Assembly: GCA_965603825.1 (NCBI GenBank)
Contig: CBFDEM010000018.1
Span: forward strand, 248,001 to 312,000
Origin: Blepharisma stoltei ATCC 30299
Taxonomy: Eukaryota > Protista > Ciliophora
Reading direction: 5' to 3'
DNA length: 64,000 bases
Positions 11,169 to 21,750 of the stretch are shown here, one piece after another (position 1 is the first letter of the stretch; every line of letters begins with the position of its first letter). The notes beneath the pieces are model-generated. The model did not search any database and was not told where the DNA came from. It was given only the letters and a program-made list of their open reading frames with translations. Position numbers and translations under genes: made by a program.

Positions 11169-11588
11169 GTATGAGTATTTTAACATTTTCAAATAAATTC
11201 TGTATAAATATAAATCATTTTCTCTTTCTTGAAAAAGATTCATTTCACAGCACTTATAGTACTAATTCTAGTGTTTTTCTTGTCTCTTTGTCCATAAGAA
11301 ATTTATAGCTCATTGCATCTCCAAAATTGATAAGCAGGGATCAGATCTTCTATTTAAAACATGATATCTTTAATTATCACCCTCATTAAATTACTTAATT
11401 TTGCCATTTTGGACAAGTCAGAAACTATCCGTTGTAGTTCAGACATTCCATTTTGGCTCTCAAAAAATCTATTTAAATCTCTTTTTTCCTTTTTAAATTA
11501 AAAAAACACCCCAAATTATAAAGATTTTTAATCCAATTGGAACCAGAAATAACTTAAATAAGTCAAAGGATTAGTGTTTGATCAAGTT

Positions 11589-12041
11589 TTAATTAACGAT
11601 TAATTTAACAGCATTTTCAGCAGCTCGTTCGAGCTTTAAAAATCTAATTTTTTCTGTCAGAGTCTTAGGAGTTCTTCTTTCTTCTGCAATTTGTTTTAGA
11701 ATGTCATAAATCAGATTAATTTTTTGCTTTGAAATTTCTTCATCTGATTTCATGCAGTCTTTTATGCACTCAGTGCATACACTTACAGCTCTCTTTATTA
11801 TTGATCGCTTTTTTCGATAAAGGATTTTTGCAAAGCTTCTTAAATGAGATTCGTGAGCTTCTAAGTCCATTTCTAAAATTGTGTTTGATTTTGATAGGAT
11901 GTCTAGTTTTGAGCTTCATTCTTGCATAAATAAATCGAGTTCATTTGCAGTGTTTTGGAAAGACTCTATTTCTTTGCCTAAAATAGAGTGATTTCCTTTC
12001 AGTGAGGATGCTAGGTTGACCCAACGATAAAAATCTTGCAT
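11589..12041 (-). CDS. Hypothetical helical protein, 150 aa
   Basis: ATG at 12041 (MQDFYRW) is in frame with ORF 11589-11870 through one TGA. Confidence 0.7.
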
Positions 12042-12636
12042 TTTAATTTTAATCCGTTTTAGGGATTTTTAAGCCAAAATGGTTTTTGATATGGCTGATT
12101 TTAATTTACATAAATTGGAGGAGATTTATGGTAATTTTTCAAGAAAGAATAAGGAGATTTCGTAAGGCTTAGATATGTGGGAGAGAGGGAAAGCAAAGTT
12201 AAGATTTTGATATTACTGATCATGACGAAGAATTGGAAGATAGGGTGTAGCTGGTGAGATGGCGGTAGAAAAAGAAAGAAAATTGATAAACTATTCAATA
12301 TATACTTCGCTTTCAAAAGAGAGCATGAGCATGTGGGAAAAAAATGCCATTAAACTTCTTATTAGAGAAAACTATAATTTCAATGAGGCATCATATAGAA
12401 GACTTAATATCGTAATCAATACTCATTTGAAATGGCATTTATATATGAATTTTCAAGTTTAAATCTAAATCAAACGCTTGCAACGAAAAATTTGGTTTCT
12501 TCTTGCGAATCAGAATAATTTGCTAAAGTTATTTTAGCTAAACTTTCTTAATCTATTAAGAATTGCTTATTTTTTATCTGTCAACACTTATTCTCTCCCT
12601 TTAATAAAATCCAGCGCCATTATATCCAATTTGAAT

Positions 12637-13047
12637 ATGAGCTACCAAATGCTATCAAAAGAAGCCCTTCTTTCTGAAAATCTCAAACTTAGACAAGAAA
12701 GACTTGCATTTTACAACTTAATCTCAATTACCCAAGACCAAATCTCTATTTTGCAAAAGATTTCAAGCGAAAATGACTCATCTCAAAATACCCCAAATCA
12801 TATCACAAATCAAAAATCTTATTCCTCCGAATACAAAGAAGCTGCTGATTTTTTACTTCAAGAATTTAAAGAAGCAGTTGAAGTTGATCTTAAATTGATA
12901 GATGCAGAGTCCAGCCTATTATCTAGCAATGAAGACATGGACAAAGGAGATTACTGTGATCTTCTTCAGAAAATAATAGAAAAAAAAATCAGCACATATA
13001 ATCACGTTATGCTTGCAATTAGGGCAACCAAACTTGCAAAAAGTTAA
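12637..13047 (+). CDS. Hypothetical helical protein
   Basis: 136-aa ATG ORF with coding-like composition. Confidence 0.6.
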   Translation: MSYQMLSKEALLSENLKLRQERLAFYNLISITQDQISILQKISSENDSSQNTPNHITNQKSYSSEYKEAADFLLQEFKEAVEVDLKLIDAESSLLSSNEDMDKGDYCDLLQKIIEKKISTYNHVMLAIRATKLAKS

Positions 13048-13138
13048 ATAAAAGGTTAAATTTTTGTTTATTTTTAATTAGTTTATGAGTAATTATATAG
13101 TGATAAATGTATGGAAAATATCATGTTTGTAATAGAAA

Positions 13139-14083
13139 ATGTGGATTTTGGTGATTCTGATTATAAATTATATTTTATGTGTTTTTTCACTTCCTGAGAA
13201 ATGCCGAGCTTTATCAATAGGAGGAGGAACTGATAGGGGAGCTTATGAGGCAGGGGCGATTATTGGATTAATAAATAGTCTTCCAGCTGATGAATCACAG
13301 TGAAAAGTAGTGACTGGAGTTGGCACAGGAGCCCTTAACGCATTAATTGTTTCACAGTTTTCTATCGGTAAAGAAAATTTTCTCACACAAGCTTTATTAG
13401 AATTCTGGGGTAATTTTACGTATAAAAAAATATACAAAGATTGGGATGGTTGATATATTGAAGCATTCAGGTCAAAATCAGGTCTTTATAACTCATCTCC
13501 TATGAATGATACAATTAAGAGTTTAGGCTCTCAAAATTTTGAAAGATTTTTGGGTGTTGGAACCACAGACCTTATATCAGGAAATTATGTGTTTTTTAAT
13601 TCTACGACTCAAAGTAAAGATGCAATGCTTTTAGGAATATATGCTAGTGCGTCAGATTACGGATATCTCCCTATAGTTGAATATAATGAGTTTAAGCTTG
13701 TTTCTGGGCATATTAAATTTGCAACTGATATTTTGCATGCAGTAAATGCGTGCTATGAACTTGGATATGCTCAAAAGGATATAATTCTCGATATAGTTTT
13801 GACATCTGGAAAAAGCATAGAGGTAGTCGACACAACACAATATAGGACCCTTCAATTTTTAACAAGATATTGGGAAATTACATCATTTTATAGTGCGATG
13901 CAAGCAATCCTTAATTTAGGTATTGATTTTCCAGAAGTCACTGTAAGATCTATTGTTTATCCTCAATCTCACCTTCCATACTCCTTTTATCTTTATGATT
14001 ATTCACACAAAGAAAATGAAAAAATGCTTATTGAAGGTCAAAAAGATGCTATAAATTCTTTAGATTTTATTGTTAGTTCTTAA
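13139..14083 (+). CDS. Secreted patatin-like protein with degenerate catalytic residues, 314 aa
   Basis: Signal peptide MWILVILII.., oxyanion motif ALSIGGGTDRGAYEAG, GVGTG at the GxSxG position; two TGA=Trp join it to ORF 13502-14083. Confidence 0.85.
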
Positions 14084-14887
14084 TTTGCATTATAAATAAA
14101 ATTTTTGGCTTAAATATATGATTTTTTAAAAATCTTGAATTTGGACAATTATATTTTCAGATATATATAGAATAATTACGAAAACTTATTTGAATTTGCT
14201 TTAAAATTCAATTAAATGTTTTATTACTATACTTCGTGCAAACCATCTTGGTGAAAAAATAATTCATAAGAATTGAAATGATAAATAGAAAGATGAAATT
14301 GCTATTATGATCGAAAAAGTAATAAAATTTTGGTTTATAGATTAGCAATTGAAACTCAGAAAAATGTGAGTTAAGATATAATTATTTTTTTTTGCATTTA
14401 AGTAAACAATTACTATTTGTTTTTTTGATTTTCATCGAGTTGACTATCTAAAATTCCTAACACGTTAGGATTAAGCTTATAAATAATTTTCAACATAGTT
14501 TTCAAATGTAAAATGGATAAGTGCTGACAATGCGAAATAAGTCATTATATATTTATTCAACAATAAATAGGCTTCTTGAATATGACTTCACAAGTCTAAG
14601 CTTTTAGCTTTAGCATAAAGTTATTCAAATTTACTTATATTCAGGCATTTACTGCAATCAAAACTTATTAGATTTCCTCAGGCAGCCTAAAATTAAAAGA
14701 TCGCTTGACCTTTAAATTTTTCAAATAGCTGCGCTTTTGCATTAGTTCTCAAAATTATTTATTTTTATTTTTTGAATTGACTTGCACAAAATAATTTTTT
14801 CAATCTTTTCGAACTAAAATTAAATAGAGAGCCTAATCTTATTCATGTTTGATAAATATGGAGGCGATGGCTTTTATTACAAGTTCA

Positions 14888-15367
14888 CTAAATTATTTTT
14901 ATATGATTTAACATGATTGGCAGGACTGGTAACTTCGGGTTTTCCAGAATTCGGCACGAATTTACCTTCGGGATGCTAATTTCTTCATGATTTCCTTCAT
15001 TTTCCTCGAATTCATAATCCCAATTTGCTGGAATTTCTAGACCGGTTAAGAGCAAAGGCGAAATTTCTTGCAGTCGTTTTCTGGAAATTCTATGTCGGCT
15101 GTGAATCTTTTTGTGGACAGAAAGTTGTGAAGCCTGCCTGAATTTTTTCCCACACCCTGGCTCGTCACATGGGAAGGGTTTTTCCCCAGTGTGGATTAAG
15201 GCATGCTCCTTCAAGTTCTGCTTGCTCACAAAGAGCTTTTGGCACTGGTCACACGTGTAGGACTTAATCTTCAGGTGAGAAGAATTAATGTGCCTTCTCA
15301 GGTTGAATTTTGTTTTGTAAAGCTTGTGGCAAAAGTCGTAGTAGCACTCAAACATCATGGTCTCCAT
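14888..15367 (-). CDS. C2H2 zinc-finger protein (3 fingers)
   Basis: Three CxxC/Cx4C..HxxxH fingers with an HTGEKPF linker. Confidence 0.93.
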   Translation of the reverse strand: METMMFECYYDFCHKLYKTKFNLRRHINSSHLKIKSYTCDQCQKLFVSKQNLKEHALIHTGEKPFPCDEPGCGKKFRQASQLSVHKKIHSRHRISRKRLQEISPLLLTGLEIPANWDYEFEENEGNHEEISIPKVNSCRILENPKLPVLPIMLNHIKII

Positions 15368-15387
15368 ATTTTTATTTAGGAATTACC

Positions 15388-16758
15388 TTAACTTTTTACG
15401 AAAACCGTTTTCATCACTGTGAACTCACGGATGCCGATTTCACCTAATTCACGACCCAAACCGCTGTTTTTGATGCCTCCAAAAGGCACTGGCACCAGGC
15501 TTTTTGTTACATCGTTAATAAAAATCATCCCAGCTTGAATTTTTGGAATAATTTCTTCTTCTGCTCTCTGGACATCTACAGTATAAATAGTAGCGCCTAG
15601 CCCATATTCTGTATTATTTGCTACTTCGATTGCTTCTTCCACACTTCCTACTTTATAAAGTGGGAACACAGGGCCGAACGTTTCCTCTTTCATCACAGGC
15701 ATGTCTTGTGTAATATTAATCATTACAGTTGGCTCTAATTGGGTGCTTGACAAAACTCTTCCGCCATAGACAACTTGTGCGCCCATATTAACTGATCTTT
15801 CTACTTGTCCTGCTATATTCGTCAAAATGTCTTCCCTTGCTAATGGGCCTAACTTTGTGGCTTCATTTAAAGGATCTCCAAATTTCCAATTTTCGAGCTC
15901 TTGTATAAGCTCATGATAAAACTCGTCATATACTGGCTCCTCTATAATAAATCTTTTTGGAGCAATACATACCTGTCCACAAGCATTTAACCTTCTAATT
16001 ACTGCTGATTTAGCCGCATTTTTTATGTTGCAGTCTCTTAGCACTATGAAAGGGTCGCTTCCTCCTAGCTCTAAAACACATTTTTTTAAATTTCTCCCAG
16101 CAATTTCAGCTACAGATCTTCCAGCCCTTACCGATCCTGTGATGTGGACTCCTTGTACCCTTTTATCAGCTATAACTTGACCTATTTGTTCAATAGTAAG
16201 CCTTACAGATTTAAACTCGTGCTCTAATCCTGCATCTGTGGTAATTTGGTCAATTGCTGCTGAGACTTGTGGCATATTTTCATCATGCTTTAATATGATT
16301 GTGTTTCCTGACATCAAATGTGGGACGACTGCTTTAAATGGAGTCCAGTATGGGAAATTGAAAGGCATTATTACAAGCAGTGGACCAACTGGTTCAAATC
16401 TTACATATGAGCGGCCATCAGGAAGATCATAGGTAATTGGATGTAAAAGCTTTTCAGCATTTTCTGCATAGTAGTCGCAGCATTCTGCACATTTTAAAAT
16501 TTCAGAAATTGAATGAGTGATTGGTTTACCCATTTCAATTGTCATGAGTCTTGCGAGATGATTTTTTCTTTCTCTTATAAGGCTGCCTAGAAGTCTGATT
16601 TTCTCAGCACGAGCTTGGAAGGAAAGTTTGGAAAAGGACTGAAATGCAAGCTGAGAAGCATTGATAGTGTTTTCTAGCTCTTCTGGAGAAGTGAATTCAT
16701 AAGTCTCTAGGAGTTCATGGGTATATGGATTTTTTGAAGCATAAACTCTTTGAGCCAT
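15388..16758 (-). CDS. Aldehyde dehydrogenase, succinate-semialdehyde dehydrogenase (Sad/GabD1)-like
   Basis: MPFNFP, TGS, LELGGSDP, GQVC, EETFGP, PFGGIKNSG.GRELG. Confidence 0.92.
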   Translation of the reverse strand: MAQRVYASKNPYTHELLETYEFTSPEELENTINASQLAFQSFSKLSFQARAEKIRLLGSLIRERKNHLARLMTIEMGKPITHSISEILKCAECCDYYAENAEKLLHPITYDLPDGRSYVRFEPVGPLLVIMPFNFPYWTPFKAVVPHLMSGNTIILKHDENMPQVSAAIDQITTDAGLEHEFKSVRLTIEQIGQVIADKRVQGVHITGSVRAGRSVAEIAGRNLKKCVLELGGSDPFIVLRDCNIKNAAKSAVIRRLNACGQVCIAPKRFIIEEPVYDEFYHELIQELENWKFGDPLNEATKLGPLAREDILTNIAGQVERSVNMGAQVVYGGRVLSSTQLEPTVMINITQDMPVMKEETFGPVFPLYKVGSVEEAIEVANNTEYGLGATIYTVDVQRAEEEIIPKIQAGMIFINDVTKSLVPVPFGGIKNSGLGRELGEIGIREFTVMKTVFVKS

Positions 16759-16935
16759 ATTGTATAAAAATGAGTGCAGAGCGTTTAATGTTTAAAAAGA
16801 ATTTAAAGAGATGATTTGAGATTGATTTAATGTTAGAACTATTAGGATTTGTTGATGAAATTAACTTTGATGCAAATTAGGAAAAATTAGCTATGTTAAA
16901 TATAATTTCGAAAATAGCACACGAAGGTGCCGAGA

Positions 16936-18282
16936 TTAAATACGTGAAATTCATGAATGGTACAACCCTTCTTTTGCGGTAATTCTTAATTCTGGATCCC
17001 AAACTATGCATTTTTTAACGAAATCTACAAATTCTTCATCGCAATTATCAAGAATATTTTCAATACACTTCGAAGTAGGTTTTTTATTTCTTCTTTCAAA
17101 TAATTCCAAAAATTCTTTGTTGCCTGCGAAGCACTTGCTCTCATCTTTTACTTTCCTCAAAAATTCTGCTGAAGGAGTCCCAATAGTGCACATAATTAAA
17201 TTTAATAAATCATTTTGATCTCTCGCAGGAAAAAGCGGCAATCCTGTATGCAGTTCAACAATCACACATCCAAGAGATCACATATCTATAGCTGTATACA
17301 GATTTAGCCTCAAAACAACTTCAGGCGCTCTATAATATCTACTCTGCATATAAGCTCCAAAAGCTCCTTCATTTATTTTGCATGATGATCCAAAATCTAT
17401 AAGTTTTATATCTAAATTTTCTTGATTTTTAAAAAGTATATTTTCAGGCTTTAAATCACAATGAATTATCATGTTATCGTGAATATGGTTAAGAGCTATA
17501 AGAAGCTGCTTTGTAATGATTTTAATTGTATTTAAATTTAATTTCCCATTGTTTGATTGAATAAATTGATAGAGATTATCACCAAGAAGTTCTTGCGACA
17601 AACAAACATGGCCTCGAAAATCAAATCTTTTTTGAATTTTAATAATATATTTGCTATTTGATTGATCAAGACTGTTGAGAAATCCAAGTAGTTTTGCTTC
17701 ATCATTTCCTATTTTTCTGAACTGAAAGTGACGCTTAAGAATTTTTATTGCAACAAAGTTATTAGCTTTGTGATCAAAGCATTTGAAAACTTGGCCAAAA
17801 CTTCCTGAACCGATTTTTTTAATGATTTCATAGCGATAGCATATGTGATCTTTTGGGGTTCCGATATAATTTCCATCTTTATCATAATATTTCGGCAGGA
17901 TTTTTCTCGTAATAGGAAAATAGTAAATCTTGTTACAAAGGGCTAATTCTCTTTTTTCTGTAGCGCTCAATTGCTTTAGTGACATCGGAGAAATTTTAGA
18001 AAAGCAAGAGATATTTGTTTCAGGTTTCAAAATTTTGGGTTTTGGGGATATATTTGGAGTGCTATCTATTTTGTTGTTTGCTATGAAAATATTTACATCG
18101 GAGCTGTTTTCTATACTACTATTTTTTGATAAACCCTTTGTTTTGTAATCGCTGATAACAAAATGACTTGCTATTAAAGAGCAAGTACGCTTTCTCATTG
18201 GTTTCTTTTCATTAATGTTTGCATTTTCAATGTTTATATCTTTATTTTCAATATCTACCCCTTCTTCGATAAGATGATTCAT
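16936..18282 (-). CDS. DYRK-family protein kinase, 448 aa
   Basis: DHICYRYE, GSGSFGQV, HCDLKPEN, DFGSS, YMQSRYYRAPE; DM-TGA and HS-TGA read as Trp; TAA at 16936. Confidence 0.93.
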
Positions 18283-18565
18283 CTTAGGTTAAATAATATT
18301 CCAACGACATTTTTCAAAAATCCTGTTTTTTGAGATATTCAATTTTTAATTTAATCTAAACCTAATGCTAAAATGTGACTTAAATTGAGGATTATTCATA
18401 TTTATTATTTTGTCATTTGCATACATTAGCGTTAAATTTAAAATTAAACTATTATTTCTCTAATTTTTATATAAAAATTCAAACTTTTTTCATGAAAAAT
18501 ATATGATTCAACCCTTTCATTCTGGCCAGAAGAATTTATCCATTTATTTTTCTTATTATTTTTTT

Positions 18566-19483
18566 ATGCTGACACCTGATATAACCTGCCAAATTTTTAG
18601 CAAACTTAAAGAAGACCCTCAAAACTTAAAGTGCTTTGACTGCCGCAAGCCAAATCCTGATAGTTGCTTAATTAACAACGGTATCTTTTTATGCTCAGCC
18701 TGCGCTGGTAAACACTTATCAGCCTTGCCTGAACTTACTCTTATAAAGCAAACGTCAATTGATCACTGGACTAATAAGGAGATCAAAAGAATGATTGTAG
18801 GAGGAAACGCAGCATTTCGCGAATTTTTAAATTTTTATGACATTAAGCCAACAACCCCTATAAGCATAGCTTTTAGGACAAGAGCGGCAGCTTTTTACAG
18901 AGGAATGCTATTAACATTTGCTGAAAAATTACCATTTAAAGGCACTTTCCCACCTAGAGACACAGGAAAATTAGTTTTTGAAGAAGAAGCTAAAGGAGTC
19001 TATCCAGAACTAGCCCCGAGATCAATGTCAGCGCCTGTGATCACTGAACAAATAAAGGCTTATAATCAAGAACAAAAGGCAAAAACATCCCAAAATGAAG
19101 GAGGAAGGCTTTCCAATGTCTACGGAAAAATCACAAATGCAGGAAATCAAGCTTTTGCAAAGGTAGAACAATTCGGCCAAACCCCAAAAATGAAAGAAAT
19201 TGAAGCTAAAATGTTGAAAATTGTGGACAAAGTTGGAAAAAATGTTACAAATTTTGTAGACGTTATTACTGGGAGACCTAAATCTCTTGATTTAACAAAG
19301 GTAATGTATTTAGAAATAGCAAATAGTCCACTGCATACTTATGATAAGATTAACGTTGATCAGAAATCACAGCAGGTAAAAGTGGAAGCAATGACTGCTT
19401 TAAATAGATTTACTACAGATGAGGAAGAAGAAAAACAGATGGCAGAATTTCCTGAGCCTGGGATTCAAACTAAAGGACTATAA
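18566..19483 (+). CDS. ArfGAP-domain protein lacking the arginine finger
   Basis: CFDC-x16-CSAC zinc finger, D.WT..EIKRM..GGN..FREFL. An upstream in-frame ATG at 18503 is also possible. Confidence 0.88.
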   Translation: MLTPDITCQIFSKLKEDPQNLKCFDCRKPNPDSCLINNGIFLCSACAGKHLSALPELTLIKQTSIDHWTNKEIKRMIVGGNAAFREFLNFYDIKPTTPISIAFRTRAAAFYRGMLLTFAEKLPFKGTFPPRDTGKLVFEEEAKGVYPELAPRSMSAPVITEQIKAYNQEQKAKTSQNEGGRLSNVYGKITNAGNQAFAKVEQFGQTPKMKEIEAKMLKIVDKVGKNVTNFVDVITGRPKSLDLTKVMYLEIANSPLHTYDKINVDQKSQQVKVEAMTALNRFTTDEEEEKQMAEFPEPGIQTKGL

Positions 19484-19928
19484 ATGATATTAAAATATTC
19501 AAAATATTGGTTAGAGTTCTTTTTTAATAAATTAATTGTGACCGATAATGATAAAGAATATATGAGTCTGAAATTTCTTTGCCACTTTGATAGATTAAGC
19601 ATTAGCCCAATAGCTAAAAGCTTGAAAAACGGCTATAATACCAAACTTCACTCCATCTTATCTATTTAAAAATCTATTTAGACTAGCTGAGATTGTAAAC
19701 CCAAATTTATTCGATCACAGGAAAAAAAGTTTAAATACACATAATGAACGAAGCATTAAAAAGAAAGAAGTCCGTCTATTCGCAAATTTAGATTAGGCTT
19801 TTTAGTAAAATATCATCATTTGTCTTAATAGAATCAATAAAAATAATAAAGGATGACTGTAAATGGTTTTGTTTATCTTATTATTTATTCTTTAACTGCA
19901 AGAATATTTTGAACACTTTATATTTAGG

Positions 19929-19983
19929 TATACGCCCTTCCTATAGATGGCGCATTGCGCGCCATCTATAAGAAGGGCGTATA
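19929..19983. repeat. 55-bp inverted repeat (25-bp arms, 1 mismatch, 5-nt spacer), TA-bounded
   Basis: TATACGCCCTTCCTATAGATGGCGC-attgc-GCGCCATCTATAAGAAGGGCGTATA. Confidence 0.95.
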
Positions 19984-20419
19984 TATGCATAGCTCACAGA
20001 TCATTTATGCTCGCAGCTAATTCATAAAGACTTGGGAAAAGAGCCATCTTGATTTTCTCTTTAAAAAACTTTTATTACTTTTAATCAAAAATCTTGCTGT
20101 AATTAGTATTAAATATAAAAAAACAATAAAAATTTATCTATAATATATTAATTATTTTTAATATTTTAAACTTCAACTTAGGTTTGTATTGTTTTAATTT
20201 TCCATTTTCTATGTTAATTCGCTTTTGACCTGATGCAGCTTATTAGCTGATCAGTCCATATTTATTGGTTTTTTATTAGAAGGTTCGTTTCACAGCCAAG
20301 CTATCAAATTCTAGCTAATATAAATATGATAGAGAATATTGAATTCCCTTTAGCAGCCTATGCCACTAATTACTGTGAAAAATTATGTATATTAGAAATT
20401 TAGAATTAATATTTTGTAG

Positions 20420-20653
20420 TTACTCTTCTTCGTCCATTGTACTTCTTCTAGATAAAGTTTTCCTATGTTTAACTCTTTCGTTTAGAATTTTATGATTGAG
20501 GATAATTGACTTAAACATTTCTTTCTTTGTGGTGCCCTTGATGCTGTATTCTGCTTTTCTAATATTTGTATTTGAAGATCTTAACCACTCAAGCATCTCT
20601 TCATTCGGAGTTTTATAAGTCTCTAATTCTTCTCGCTCAGCACAATTTCCCAT
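20420..20653 (-). CDS. Small hypothetical protein (77 aa) with putative N-acylation signal
   Basis: ATG ORF MGNCAERE.. flanked by AT-rich spacers. Confidence 0.6.
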   Translation of the reverse strand: MGNCAEREELETYKTPNEEMLEWLRSSNTNIRKAEYSIKGTTKKEMFKSIILNHKILNERVKHRKTLSRRSTMDEEE

Positions 20654-21200
20654 TTCTAATAAATGCTTTTTTTTTAATTTTAGCAATTAAGTAAATAAAA
20701 AATCCTAATTTTAATCCAAAATTATTTTGGAAGAATTCTTGTATTATGATAGCATAGCATAAGATTGGGATCGTTTAACTTATCTTGATTAAAAATTTCA
20801 GTAAGCCTAAATGTTTAATATTTCTTTCTTTCCTTCTTATCAGAATTTAATTATTTTTAAGCACTAGAAAGTCAAAGTATGCTTCAGATAAGAAGCTCAA
20901 CTAGTTCGACTTCCAACCTGAGTAAATTGCTAGATCCAAATTGTATTTTATTTGTTATTTGATGGGAGCATAACAAATTTTTCTTTATATTTTTTGAATA
21001 ATCTATGCATATTATTTGCAAGGTATAATAAATATATATTCGTTCAATGGAACCTATAAATGATATGATTTATATAGAAGCCTGTTAAAGTAATTGAATT
21101 TCTGATTTACCCTTGCCAAATTAACAAAAATTATTTTTTTATTTATCCTTTTAATTTAAGCATTTGTATCATAAAAAATATATCAAAATTAATAATTAGT

Positions 21201-21737
21201 CTATTGTTTTTCTATCTGATCACTCACTTTCTGCTTTTTATTTTTCTTATTTTGTATTTTTAACTTATGCTTCTGCAAATGTGATCTAACTTGAATTTTT
21301 GTTCTTGTCCCAATGTGCTTTGCAATTTCATCTAGATCGCTTTCGCCAAGTTTTTCTAAGGCTTCTAAAAATTTGGACTCTTCTTCTTCTGTTCACCTGC
21401 ATTCTTGGCGTGATTTTTTTGGAGGCGAAGGCTTTTGATGCTTTTGTGCAGATTCAATCATCAATTGAAAATATTCACCTGCAAAAGCTTCCTGCAATCT
21501 TTCTAAGCTATTAATTTTCTTTTGGTCGCTAGATGATATCGGAATATAATGCTGAAAAAGCATATTCGGAGTATCCGGCAGAGAATCACCAATTTGAGTC
21601 AGGGTTAAAATATTATTGTACAACTTATTTAGCGCTTTGATGTCAGGGACAAAGGGGTTTTGATTTTGAGTTTTAATTATACCTGTAATCAAAGATTGGT
21701 TTTGCGCTAAAATTCCATCTATATTAGGTTGTTCCAT
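21201..21737 (-). CDS. SSXT/SNH-like domain plus SHAQKYF-class MYB protein, 178 aa
   Basis: TGA 21393 read as Trp gives RWTEEEESKFLEALEKLG...IAKHIGTRTKIQVRSHLQKH. N-terminus ILAQNQSLITGIIKTQN..LYNNILTLTQIGD. Confidence 0.85.
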
Positions 21738-21750
21738 TTTATTACGATTT

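Noticed and set aside
11170-11460. Coding-like minus-strand stretch (MSELQRIVSDLSK...)
   Set aside because: TAA stops are not removable by 15/16-nt introns and I recognise no homology; at most a decayed gene.
12079-12462. Purine-rich coding-like plus-strand stretch
   Set aside because: Several TAA/TAG stops and frame changes with no recognisable family; cannot be supported as a gene.
14455-14470. Short inverted repeat TCCTAAC-ac-GTTAGGA, partly resembling the telomeric unit CCCTAACA
   Set aside because: Only a 7-bp stem and no tandem telomeric repeat; consistent with chance.
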